Below, piece after piece: positions 16,700-25,808 of a stretch of DNA of 25,898 nucleotides (positions are counted from its first letter, which is position 1; each line of letters opens with the position of its first letter). This DNA comes from an uncultured bacterium (GTDB taxonomy: Bacteria > Auribacterota > Erginobacteria > Erginobacterales > Erginobacteraceae). The notes beneath the pieces were generated by a model. It worked only from the letters and a program-made list of their open reading frames with translations. It ran no database searches and had not been told where the DNA came from. Where the stretch lies: contig CAKZYZ010000434.1 of assembly GCA_937885075.1 (NCBI GenBank), positions 1 to 25,898 on the forward strand, given 5' to 3'. The translations under genes were made by a program, and so were the position numbers.

Positions 16700-17809
16700 T
16701 TACGGCAGCTTAGTGACAACGTTCTTGACAAACCAGTCTATATGGCGGATCTCTTCCACCGAGAGTGACTTTCCCTTCGGAACCATCAGTTTGCCATTAT
16801 CCCAGCGATAGAGCGGACCGTGGAAGACTTTGAAGGTGCCGTCTATCATCTCCTGCTTCCGCTTCTTGACCAGGGCCTTAACCTGGGCCGGGATGGGAGC
16901 GTCCGGGTTGATCGGTGACAGATCTACCATGCCGTCGGACATATCACCCCAGTAATCAAAGTTCTTCACTCCGGCCCGGTAATCCTTGATCATCCTGTCG
17001 AAGACTGAACTCCAGTCCCAGATCGGGGCACAGACCTGATAATTCTTACCATCCGGCCCGACGCCGAACTTGCTCATATCGGCGTCATAACCGAAGCACC
17101 AGAGTTTCTTGGACGCCGCCGTGGTAACCGCGGTGGGCGAGTCCTGGTGCTGGGCGATGACATCGCATCCTTCCGCGATCAGTGACCTGGCCACCTCTCC
17201 TTCCGTAGGCGGATCAAACCAACTATTAGTCCATTTTACAATTATTTCGGCATCGGGATTGACTTCCCGGGCGCCGATCGCCATGGCATTGATCCTCATG
17301 TTCACCTGAGGCAGAGGCATCGCGGCCACAAAGCCGATCTTATTGGTTTTGGTCAGAGCGCCCGCCATTAAACCGGTTAGATAGGTGGGCTGATAGATCG
17401 CCCCGAAGTAATAGGCGACATTGGGATACTTGTGGGTAAACCCTTCGGTATATGCCACCATCACATCGGGATATTCCTTGGCTACCTCCTGAGCGACATC
17501 GGTAAACTGGGCCCCGTTCATGATAATGATATTGGCGCCCTTTCGGTCGATCATCATTGAGGCCACCGTATTCATGTCAGGCACCGACACGCTCTCTCTT
17601 ACCACTGAAGTAACAAATGGATACTTCTTGACCAACTTGGCGCGGGCCTGATCGTGGGCGTATGTCCAGCCCATATCACCAACCGGAGCCATCCAGCAGC
17701 AGCCCAGAACAACATCTTTATCACTCTGGGCGCCAGATCCGGCCAGACCCAGACCGCAGATCCCCAGCAAAAATATTACGCTAAAAGACAATACCAGAAA
17801 CTTTTTCAT
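16700..17809 (-). CDS. BMP-family (PnrA/Med-like) ABC transporter substrate-binding protein, nucleoside type
   Basis: Signal peptide (MKKFLVLSFSVIFLLGICGLGLAG); BMP fold sequence; table start 17908 overextends; ATG 17809 has GGAGGG RBS. Confidence 0.85.
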   Translation of the reverse strand: MKKFLVLSFSVIFLLGICGLGLAGSGAQSDKDVVLGCCWMAPVGDMGWTYAHDQARAKLVKKYPFVTSVVRESVSVPDMNTVASMMIDRKGANIIIMNGAQFTDVAQEVAKEYPDVMVAYTEGFTHKYPNVAYYFGAIYQPTYLTGLMAGALTKTNKIGFVAAMPLPQVNMRINAMAIGAREVNPDAEIIVKWTNSWFDPPTEGEVARSLIAEGCDVIAQHQDSPTAVTTAASKKLWCFGYDADMSKFGVGPDGKNYQVCAPIWDWSSVFDRMIKDYRAGVKNFDYWGDMSDGMVDLSPINPDAPIPAQVKALVKKRKQEMIDGTFKVFHGPLYRWDNGKLMVPKGKSLSVEEIRHIDWFVKNVVTKLP

Positions 17810-17983
17810 TCTTTCCCTCCTGAATCTTTCGAGAGACTGACACCTGAACTCGCGCGCCATCCCGGCCCAACCCGGTAAACACCCCCGGTCCTCCGAAAAA
17901 ACAGTCAATAAATTAACATCACCTCCCTGTTGTCTAAACTTGTGGTTTTGAATTTCTTAGAAGAATAAATCATGAAATGCCCT

Positions 17984-18091
17984 TTCGAGTAAGATCAAGC
18001 AATATTTTTTTAACGTCTTTTTTCTTCAACATCCTTATTTTTCAACGTCGGTTATCTTTAACGTTTAAATTAGTGCCGGAGGTGCTAATTT
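17984..18091. repeat. Repeat family D copy (with A-like 'ttcgagtaagatcaagc' head)
   Basis: ttttttaacgtc ttttttcttcaacatcc ttatttttcaacgtcgg ttatctttaacgtt + aaattagtgccggaggtgctaattt. Confidence 0.8.
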
Positions 18092-18092
18092 A

Positions 18093-18983
18093 TCAGGAAG
18101 ACCTCTCATACGGCACACCCAGCGCGGCGGGCCCGCCAATTCGTTTTCTCAGTTTTTCATTTGACATCACCAGCGTAACAATTAATACCGTGGCCAGATA
18201 AGGGATCATCATCAGGAGATAGGGCGAGGTAAAGATACTGGAGATAACCGGAATATCCATTCCCTGCAATTTGAACTGAAGAATCCAGAGACCGCCGAAT
18301 AATTCAGCGCCGATCAATACCATAGCGGGCCTCCACATCGAAAAGAAGGCCAGGGCGATACAGATCCATCCCCGTCCGGCGGTCATTCCTTCCCGCCACA
18401 TCGGTGAATAGGCCAGAGATAGATAGGCCCCGGCCAGACCAGCCATCATGCCGCCGATAAAGACGCAGATATAACGAACGCGGGCGACATTGATTCCGGC
18501 CGTGTCGGCGGCTTCAGGATCCTCTCCCACCGCCCGGACAATCAGACCGAAACGAGTTCGATAGATGACAAACCAGGTCAGAGGAACCAGCGCCAGTCCC
18601 AGGAAAAGCAAGGGAGTTATGCCGGACACTATGGTCGGCACCCGCGGGGGAGCTCCCACCATCAGAAAATGTTTTCCCACATAGGCGGTTAAACCCAGGC
18701 CGAATATCGTGAGAGCCATCCCGCTGACTACCTGGGATTGTCGGAGCGTTATAACAATAAACCCATGAATCAAGCTCATCAAGCCCCCGGCGATCATGGC
18801 CGCGGCCAGGCCGATCCAGGGACTACCGCTCAGAGTAGCCGCGGCAAATCCGGTTAAAGAACCAACCACCATCATTCCTTCCAATCCCAAATTCAGTACC
18901 CCGGAACGCTGACTCAAAACTTCGCCCATCGTACCGAAGATGAAGAGGGTGGCGGCCTGCATAATTAAAATAATCGTATCCAT
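18093..18983 (-). CDS. ABC transporter permease (BMP/nucleoside type, YufQ/NupC-like)
   Basis: 296 aa polytopic; ATG overlaps upstream stop (TAATG), indicating coupling. Confidence 0.85.
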   Translation of the reverse strand: MDTIILIMQAATLFIFGTMGEVLSQRSGVLNLGLEGMMVVGSLTGFAAATLSGSPWIGLAAAMIAGGLMSLIHGFIVITLRQSQVVSGMALTIFGLGLTAYVGKHFLMVGAPPRVPTIVSGITPLLFLGLALVPLTWFVIYRTRFGLIVRAVGEDPEAADTAGINVARVRYICVFIGGMMAGLAGAYLSLAYSPMWREGMTAGRGWICIALAFFSMWRPAMVLIGAELFGGLWILQFKLQGMDIPVISSIFTSPYLLMMIPYLATVLIVTLVMSNEKLRKRIGGPAALGVPYERSS

Positions 18984-20059
18984 TATGGTTCACCTGTCTT
19001 TAGCTTGATTTTATAACGAAGGAGCACCTGACCCCCGATCACGAAGATCAGGATTAAGCCCTGAAAGAGCCCGGTAATCCCTGAACTCAGATCCGCTATT
19101 ATCTGCAGGGTGTTTCCCCCGGTGATAATACCGCCGAAGAGAAAAGAAGAAATTATCAGGACCAGGGAATTCATGCCGGCTAAATAAGCGACAATGAGCC
19201 CGGAAAAGCCGTAACGGGCGTCCGGCGGAGTAAAGTCATTGACCCTCAGGCTATGCTGAAGACCGGAAACCTCGCCAAATCCGGCCAGACCGGCCAGGCC
19301 GCCGCCGATGAACATGGTAAGCAGGATAATCTTCATCGAACTTATCCCGGAATATTTGGCCGCCTGAGGATTGGAGCCGACCGTTCTAATCTCATAACCC
19401 GTCTTGGTCTTCCGCAGCCAGTAAAAGATAATAATCGCGGCGACGATCCCGATCACAACAGTATAATGAATTCTGGTTCCGGCGATTACCGGCATCCAGG
19501 CCGCGGGAACAATTTCGGATGTCATGGGATAGGCGATACCTCCTCCGCGCCGCCAGGGGTAGGCCGAAAGATGATTGACCAGCAGGATAGCCACATAGTT
19601 AAACATCATCGTGGTCACCACTTCATTGGCGGACCATTTAGCCTTGAGAAATCCGCAGATCCCTCCCAGCAGCCCCCCTCCGATAAAAGCGGCAATGATC
19701 ATGAGCGGGATCAGGAGCGGAGCGGGGAGGTCGGGAAAACTATACGCCACCCAGGCCGACATTACCGCGCCCATATGAAGCTGTCCCACCCCCCCGATAT
19801 TCCATAAGCCGGCCTTGCGGGGAACCAGAAACGCCAGACCGCAAAGGAGAAAAGGGATCATTTTTATCCCGGTATTGGATAATCCCCGCACCGAGCCGAA
19901 CGCCGCCATAACAATATCTTTATAGGCGGAAATAGGATCCGCTCCCGAGGCCAGAAGGACAAAGGAAAATGCCACCAGAGCCAGGGCTACGGAAATGAGC
20001 ACCGACCTGATATTGTTGGCCGCGGAAATATCCGTTCTTTTTTGCAGGAAAAACTTCAC
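18983..20059 (-). CDS. ABC transporter permease (BMP/nucleoside type, YufP/NupB-like)
   Basis: 358 aa polytopic; GTG start overlapping ATPase stop (GTGA); GGAG 7 nt upstream. Confidence 0.85.
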   Translation of the reverse strand: MKFFLQKRTDISAANNIRSVLISVALALVAFSFVLLASGADPISAYKDIVMAAFGSVRGLSNTGIKMIPFLLCGLAFLVPRKAGLWNIGGVGQLHMGAVMSAWVAYSFPDLPAPLLIPLMIIAAFIGGGLLGGICGFLKAKWSANEVVTTMMFNYVAILLVNHLSAYPWRRGGGIAYPMTSEIVPAAWMPVIAGTRIHYTVVIGIVAAIIIFYWLRKTKTGYEIRTVGSNPQAAKYSGISSMKIILLTMFIGGGLAGLAGFGEVSGLQHSLRVNDFTPPDARYGFSGLIVAYLAGMNSLVLIISSFLFGGIITGGNTLQIIADLSSGITGLFQGLILIFVIGGQVLLRYKIKLKTGEP

Positions 20060-21612
20060 AATTTAACTCCAGCCATCCAGGCCCCCAAATTATCTTTTAC
20101 CGCCTCCGCCGCCGGAACCATTCCGGTGATCCTTCCTTCATAGAAAACCGCGATCCGGTCACTGACCGACATTATCTCATCCAGATCTTCGGAGATCAGG
20201 AGGATGGCGCATTTCTCCAGCTTGAGAGCAAGCAACTGATTTTGAATAAACTCCGCCGCTCCAACATCCAGACCGTGAGTCGGCAGGTTGGTGATCAGCA
20301 ACCGGGGGTGGTGGGAAATTTCCCGGGCCAGAATAAGTTTCTGGAGGTTGCCGCCCGAGAGATGGATGGCCGGGGTTTCCTTGCTCGGGGTCCGAATATT
20401 ATACCGGGGGATCATTTCTTCCGCGAAGCGTTCGACCGCTTTATGATCGAGACCCCAGCGGCGGGAAAATGGTTTTTCGAAATATTTATCCAGCACCAGA
20501 TTATCGGCCACGGAAAAATCAGGAACCACACCTATCATATACTCTTCCGGAATATGACCGATACCTTTCTCTATTCTCCGGCGGGTAGATAGGCCGGTGA
20601 TATCTTCCCCGGAGAAAATAATCTCTCCCGATAATACCCCGCGCAACCCGGCGATAACCTCGGCCAACTCCGATTGACCGTTTCCCGCCACCCCGGCAAT
20701 CCCCAGGATCTCACTCTCCCGGATGGTCAGGGAGATGCCCTTTAAAGCCATAATCCCCTTGTCATTTAGGGCCCGCAGATTTTTTATCTCCAGGACCGGA
20801 TCACCGGGAGCTATTTCCGGTTTTTTTAGTTGGAAGAGCACACTCTTCCCCACCATCTTCCGGGCCAGATCCCGGGGATTGGTCTGGTCGGTCCTGATCT
20901 CCTCCACCACTCTCCCCCGCCGGAGAACCGTCACCCGATTGCTGGTGGCTATTACCTCCGGAAGTTTATGAGTAATGAAAGGAACCACAGCCATCTCCTG
21001 GGTCGCCATCCGACGGAGCAGAAGCGAGAGCTGCTCCGCTTCGGCCGGGGTAAGGATTGAGGTTGGTTCATCCAGCACTAAAATCTGAGCGTTCCGATAG
21101 AGCATCTTCAGAATCTCAACCCGCTGTTTCTCCCCGGCGGAAAGCTGCCAGATGCGCGCGGAGGGATCGACCTGAAGGGAATATTTCTCGGAAAGCTTTT
21201 CTATCCTTTCCACCACCCTCTTCATTCTTCCGATGATCCCCCCTTCCCTGAGGCCCAGGATAATGTTTTCCGCTACGGTCAGGGAAGGCACCAGCTTGAA
21301 GCGCTGATGAACCATCCCGATTCCCAGCGCGATCGCGTCGAGGGGCGATCTGATGACGACTTTCTTTCCCCTCAGATAGATTTCTCCCTCATCGGGCTGG
21401 TATAAGCCGTAGATAATATTCATCAGGGTGGTCTTTCCGGCCCCGTTTTCACCGAGCAGAGCATGGACCTCACCGGCTTTGACGTCGAAGTTGATATGAT
21501 CATTGGCCAGGACACCCGGGAAACGCTTGGTGATATTCCTTAACTCCAGGACCATATCTCCCGGCTTACAGCCTTGCCGAAAATCGATATCGATTGTCTT
21601 TTCTTCCCTCAT
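20056..21612 (-). CDS. ABC transporter ATP-binding protein with two fused NBDs (nucleoside/sugar type)
   Basis: Two Walker A (GENGAGKTT, GVAGNGQSE), two signature motifs (LSAGEKQR, LSGGNLQK). Start uncertain: 21612 (no SD, hairpin abuts) or 21555 (MVLELRNITKRF, typical N-terminus). Confidence 0.9.
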   Translation of the reverse strand: MREEKTIDIDFRQGCKPGDMVLELRNITKRFPGVLANDHINFDVKAGEVHALLGENGAGKTTLMNIIYGLYQPDEGEIYLRGKKVVIRSPLDAIALGIGMVHQRFKLVPSLTVAENIILGLREGGIIGRMKRVVERIEKLSEKYSLQVDPSARIWQLSAGEKQRVEILKMLYRNAQILVLDEPTSILTPAEAEQLSLLLRRMATQEMAVVPFITHKLPEVIATSNRVTVLRRGRVVEEIRTDQTNPRDLARKMVGKSVLFQLKKPEIAPGDPVLEIKNLRALNDKGIMALKGISLTIRESEILGIAGVAGNGQSELAEVIAGLRGVLSGEIIFSGEDITGLSTRRRIEKGIGHIPEEYMIGVVPDFSVADNLVLDKYFEKPFSRRWGLDHKAVERFAEEMIPRYNIRTPSKETPAIHLSGGNLQKLILAREISHHPRLLITNLPTHGLDVGAAEFIQNQLLALKLEKCAILLISEDLDEIMSVSDRIAVFYEGRITGMVPAAEAVKDNLGAWMAGVKL

Positions 21613-21615
21613 TAC

Positions 21616-21660
21616 AAATTAGTGCCGGCGGCGCTAATTCAGTGGAAATGCACTAAAATT
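21616..21660. repeat. Two adjacent E-type near-palindromes abutting the ABC ATPase ATG
   Basis: aaattagtgccggcggcgctaatt and tgcactaaaattagcacc. Confidence 0.6.
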
Positions 21661-21861
21661 AGCACCTCTATATTTTTGTATTATATATTATTATCTTGAT
21701 TTTTTCAACAATACTTACAATCGCGAGAAAATCAATGCCTATATATATTTTATTTTACAATATACTTTTATCGCCATTTTACAAATATTTTGCTCGCGGT
21801 GATAATCTCTGAATCTAACCCTTGCGGGAGTGGGCCACATCTGCTATTCCATAATAGAACT

Positions 21862-21992
21862 TAGCCCTCGGCTTTGCCTCGGGCAACTTTTCCTCTAAGG
21901 AGAGCAGGAAATCAGGAAAATTAAAATACTCCCTCCTCCTGCCTTCCTGCTTTCCTTAGGGGTTATTGAAATTCCGAAGCAGGAAATTAGTT
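21862..21992. repeat. Repeat family B copy (head + hairpin + tail)
   Basis: tagccctcggctttgcctcgggcaacttttcctctaaggagagcaggaaatcagg...ttccttaggggttattgaaattccgaagcaggaaatt. Confidence 0.85.
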
Positions 21993-22087
21993 CGCTACTT
22001 TATCCGGTCCCGCACATAGTTTATGTGAGGGACAATAAACAGCGGATTGTTTTTTTCTTTTAATCAGCATAATCCGCTTTATCCGCG

Positions 22088-22110
22088 GTTAAAAAAGTTG
22101 CGAAGCTAAG
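22088..22110. repeat. Solo family-A tail (aaaaaagttgcgaagctaagttc)
   Basis: Identical 23-mer to 1778-1800, with no arms. Confidence 0.6.
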
Positions 22111-22116
22111 TTCCTG

Positions 22117-22152
22117 CTTCGGAATTTTCCCGAAATACTTCGGGATCCCGAG
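22117..22152. repeat. Family G copy
   Basis: cttcggaattttcccgaaatacttcgggatcccgag. Confidence 0.65.
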
Positions 22153-22191
22153 TTGTTTAATATTAAGTCTCGGGACAATAAATGAGATAAT

Positions 22192-22248
22192 ACTGGAGTA
22201 CTGGAGTGATGGGGGCGCCTTCCCAACACTCCAATACTCCAATATTCC
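22192..22248. promoter_or_regulatory. Imperfect inverted repeat with internal 8-mer duplications (ctggagtactggagtg ... cactccaatactccaatattccag), candidate operator
   Basis: Abuts the putative -35; in the divergent region between the nucleoside-transporter operon and the deaminase gene. Confidence 0.4.
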
Positions 22249-22254
22249 AGAACA

Positions 22255-22283
22255 GTTGCCCGGAGCAAAGCGACGGGCTATGT
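22255..22283 (+). promoter_or_regulatory. Candidate promoter of the cytosine-deaminase-like gene
   Basis: TTGCCC-N17-TATGTT directly upstream of the GGAG RBS. Confidence 0.35.
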
Positions 22284-22305
22284 TCTAAAAGGAGAAGAAG
22301 AATTG

Positions 22306-23532
22306 ATGAGATCCATCCTGATAAAAAATGCCCAACTGAGAGATCGGAAAACCCCGGTTGACATTCTGATCGAGCAGGGGAAATTTAGCAAAATCGAGCC
22401 CCAACTGACGGCGACCGCCGATGAATTCATTGATGCCGCGGGGGCTCTGGTAACCCCTACTTTCATTGACCCCCATCTTCATATAGATAAAGCCTATACC
22501 GCTCTCTCCGGACGATTGAGCCGGAGGGAGACTCTGGAAGAGTCCATCGAAATCATGCAGGAGATCAAGCGGAATTACACCGTTGACGATGTCCGGCAGC
22601 GGGCGGTCCGGGCTATTAAAGATTCGGTTAAATACGGAGTAACCAAAATCCGGGGTGACGTGGATATTGACACCATCGGCGGACTGACCGCCCTGGAAGG
22701 ATGCCTCCAGGCCCGGGAAGAGACCAGGGATATCGCCGACGTGGAACTGGTCGCGTTTCCCCAGGAAGGAATCTTCCGGGATCCGGGAACCGAAGAATTG
22801 ATGTGGCAAGCGATGGAGATGGGGGCGGACGTGGTCGGCGGCATGCCGGCGGCGGAATGGATCATGGCTGAAGCCAGAAGACATGTCGACCTGGTCTTTG
22901 CCATCGCCCGGAAGTTCGATGCCGACATTGACATGCATATCGATCAGACCAAGGATCCCTGCGCCCAGTCCCTGGAATATTCCGCCTGGCTCAGCATAAA
23001 AAACGGCTATCAGGGCCGGGTAACCGGGGGACACTGCACCTCCCTGGCATATCAGACCGATGCCCACGCCCATAAGGTGATCGAACTGCTCAAATATGCC
23101 AACTTCAATATCTGCATTAACCCCCAGGTCCTGGCCATTATGGGGGTGGATGCGGAACCCCGGACCCGGGGACTGACCCGGGTGCGGGAACTGGTGGCTG
23201 CCGGGGTTAACGTGGCTACCGCCCAGGATACCATCTGCGACGGGTTCCATATCTTCGGAACCGGGGATCCCCTCGACTACGGGATGCTGATGGCCTACCA
23301 GGCCCAGTACAACTCCACCGAAAAAGTTAAAATTGTTTATGATATGATTACGGAAAATGCGGCCCGGCTGATGCGAATCGAAAATTATGGGATATCGGTC
23401 GGTAATCCCGCCGATTTTAATATCATCTACGCGCCCAATGAAGCCGAGGCTTTTCGCACCCGTCCGAAACGTCTGGTTTTTAAAAACGGAAAATTGATCG
23501 CCCGGGGAGAGAAGCGGACGGAACTACTCTGA
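22306..23532 (+). CDS. Cytosine deaminase-like amidohydrolase
   Basis: N-terminus 'PTFIDPHLHIDKAYT' parallels E. coli CodA 'PFVEPHIHLDTTQT'. Table start 22303 is TTG; the ATG at 22306 has GGAG upstream; divergent from the nucleoside transporter operon. Confidence 0.72.
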   Translation: MRSILIKNAQLRDRKTPVDILIEQGKFSKIEPQLTATADEFIDAAGALVTPTFIDPHLHIDKAYTALSGRLSRRETLEESIEIMQEIKRNYTVDDVRQRAVRAIKDSVKYGVTKIRGDVDIDTIGGLTALEGCLQAREETRDIADVELVAFPQEGIFRDPGTEELMWQAMEMGADVVGGMPAAEWIMAEARRHVDLVFAIARKFDADIDMHIDQTKDPCAQSLEYSAWLSIKNGYQGRVTGGHCTSLAYQTDAHAHKVIELLKYANFNICINPQVLAIMGVDAEPRTRGLTRVRELVAAGVNVATAQDTICDGFHIFGTGDPLDYGMLMAYQAQYNSTEKVKIVYDMITENAARLMRIENYGISVGNPADFNIIYAPNEAEAFRTRPKRLVFKNGKLIARGEKRTELL

Positions 23533-23561
23533 TAAAACAACGGATTAATTTGTTGTTTTAT
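23533..23561. terminator. AT-rich hairpin (ataaaacaac ... gttgttttat) between the convergent deaminase and FAD-oxidoreductase genes
   Basis: 10-bp stem; stop codons of both genes flank it. Confidence 0.4.
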
Positions 23562-24691
23562 TAGAGGATCTTCTCCACCAGGTTCTTCACGTACCTCCCG
23601 ATCGCCGGGGCGGCGGTCAGGCCGGGGGACTCGATGCCGATCAGGTTTATCAGTCCCGGCAGGCCCCGGTCTTCTTCGTGATGGATAACGAAGTCCCGCT
23701 CCGCCTCTCCCTTCCGGTAGAGCTTGGGGCGGATCCCGGCCATATCAGGGGAGAGATTATCTCTCTGCAATTCCGGAAGATACTTTTCCGCGCCGCGGAA
23801 GAAATCCTCCCGATGCTGTTCGTCCACGGTATAGTCGACCTCATCCACATAGAAAGCGCTCGGACCGATCTTCATCCCGCCCTGAAGATCCACCACCGTG
23901 TGGAGGCCCAGACTGATCTCGGTCGGGGGGGGATAAACCAGATTGCTGAATAAGGCCCCCTCCGTCCCCCCGACCCGGAAGTACTCGCCCTTGCAGGGAT
24001 AGATCCTGTAACCGGCGGCGGCGGTATCGATCCCGGCCATTATCGCCACTCTCTCCGCCCCCAATCCGGCCGCGTTCACGACTACCCGGCTGAAAAACTC
24101 ATACTCCTCCCCGTCGGCATCACGGATCACTACCCGATAACCTTCCCCCTTCTTTTTGAGGGCGATAAGTTCACAGTTATACGCGAATGTCGTATCGCAG
24201 GAGGCCTTCTTCTCCAGGTAGGCCATCAGGCGATGGCTGTCGATAATACCGGTCCCGGAGGACCAGAGGCCCCCTTCCGCCCGCACCCGGGGCTCAATCG
24301 CCCGCACCTCGCCGCGGGAAAGAAGACGAAGCCCCTCAACTCCGTTCTCTTCCGCCCGCTCCTTCAGCGCCGCGATAACCGGGAGATCTCCCTTCTCGAT
24401 AGCGATGATAAGCTTACCGCATTTACGGAACGGAATATCCACCCGGGGACAGAGTTCGTAAAGAATCCGGCGCCCTTCGGTACAGAGCCGGGTCTTATGA
24501 AAATCCCTTGAGTAATAGATCCCGGCGTGGATCACCTCGCTGTTCCGGCTACTCGACTCCCGGCCGAACCCGTCATGCCGTTCCACCGCGATAATCTCCC
24601 TCCCCCCCCCGCTCAGCTCCGCCGCGACCGCCAGCCCCACCACCCCCACCCCAATAATAGCAACATCAACCTTTTCCAATTTATTCTCCAT
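23561..24691 (-). CDS. FAD-dependent oxidoreductase (L-2-hydroxyglutarate oxidase/LhgO-like)
   Basis: N-terminal dinucleotide-binding GxGxxG (VAIIGVGVVGLAVA); 376 aa; no SD. Confidence 0.7.
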   Translation of the reverse strand: MENKLEKVDVAIIGVGVVGLAVAAELSGGGREIIAVERHDGFGRESSSRNSEVIHAGIYYSRDFHKTRLCTEGRRILYELCPRVDIPFRKCGKLIIAIEKGDLPVIAALKERAEENGVEGLRLLSRGEVRAIEPRVRAEGGLWSSGTGIIDSHRLMAYLEKKASCDTTFAYNCELIALKKKGEGYRVVIRDADGEEYEFFSRVVVNAAGLGAERVAIMAGIDTAAAGYRIYPCKGEYFRVGGTEGALFSNLVYPPPTEISLGLHTVVDLQGGMKIGPSAFYVDEVDYTVDEQHREDFFRGAEKYLPELQRDNLSPDMAGIRPKLYRKGEAERDFVIHHEEDRGLPGLINLIGIESPGLTAAPAIGRYVKNLVEKIL

Positions 24692-24696
24692 TTTTA

Positions 24697-24829
24697 GGGG
24701 TCAAGTCTACTTATTGCTTAACTTTATATTTAAATTCTTCCCTGATCGGGTATATTTATAGGGGTCAAGTCTACTCATTGTTTAACTTTATATTTGAATT
24801 CCTTCCCTGATCGGGTATATATTTATCGT
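24697..24829. repeat. Two tandem ~64-bp direct repeats between the FAD-oxidoreductase and RayT-like genes
   Basis: ggggtcaagtctacttattgcttaactttatatttaaattcttccctgatcgggtatatttata (24697-24760), then a second copy (24761-~24829) with 4 substitutions and small indels. Confidence 0.85.
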
Positions 24830-24878
24830 TCGATTATATTAACAATTAAAACCAATATATCAAGGAGTCTTAAATACG

Positions 24879-25808
24879 ATGTCTCGACCCCTGAGAATTC
24901 AGTACCCCGGTGCCTGGTACCATATAATGAACCGTGGCGGCCATCATCGAAATATTTTCAGCAATGAGAATGATCGACTGGAATTTTTACGATTGCTAAA
25001 GGAAACGATTGAGATGTGGGAGATAGAGGTGCATGCTTATTCATTGCTGGATACGCATTATCATCTTCTAATCCATACACCCCTGGGCAACCTTTCCCGG
25101 GCAATGAGGCATATCGGCGGAGTTTATACTCAACGTTATAACATTCGTCATGATACTGATGGTCAACTATTTCGGGGAAGATATAAATCAATCCTGGTAG
25201 ATAAAGATAATTATCTGCTGGAAGTAGTGAGATATATTCACCTGCAAGGAGTTCGGGCAGGGATAATAAGTCAGCCTGAAGATGATATCTGGTCATCTTA
25301 TCGGGCATATTTATTCCAGCAGGATAGCTTGACCTGGTTAAGCACCGGGAAAATACTCAGTATTTTTAACAGGAACCGCTCGGCCGCAAGAAAACGACTG
25401 ATTGAATTTATCAGCAATGGTATCTCTCCCGGTATCAAAGAATTCTATTCCAAAGAAAGGCTATCTCCAGTGTTGGGTTCTAAAGAGTTTATTAAAAATA
25501 TCAAGGATACTTACATAATTCCGGAAGCGCCTTTCTATGAAATCCCGGATAGTAAAGTCAAAAATGGCCACAGCACAATAACTATGATAAATAAAATAGT
25601 CTGTGAGCAATATCTCATCTCACAAAAATCCTTGCTGGAAGTATCCAGGGGAATTCACAATGAACCACGGGATATCGCGGTATATTTAGCCCGGCAAGAG
25701 GGGAAATATTCTTTGAATGAAATTGCTGATAGTTACGGTTTCTCAAGTTATTCCGGAGTTAATTCAACCATCAGGAGAATTAAACATCGCTTAAAAACAG
25801 ACAAGAAC
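24879..25808 (+). CDS. RayT-like (COG1943) HUH Y1 tyrosine transposase fused to DnaA-C-like HTH; 3'-truncated by adapter at contig end
   Basis: N-terminus 'RPLRIQYPGAWYHIMNRG' and HUH motif 'THYHLLIHTP' typical of IS200-like/REP-associated Y1 transposases. C-terminal 'IAVYLARQEGKYSLNEIADSYGFSSYSGV' resembles the DnaA C-terminal HTH. AAGGAG RBS. ORF continues into adapter-derived sequence (25809 onward), so the true end is unknown. Confidence 0.7.

Noticed and set aside
16700-17908. Extended N-terminus (MTVFSEDRGC...) of the BMP gene from the ORF table
   Set aside because: The internal ATG at 17809 has a GGAGGG RBS and begins a canonical signal peptide. The upstream extension runs into repeat D and the intergenic region.
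22060-22242. ORF 22060..22242 (-), 60 aa, in the divergent region
   Set aside because: It is composed entirely of repeat family A and G sequence and the operator-like IR. No RBS.
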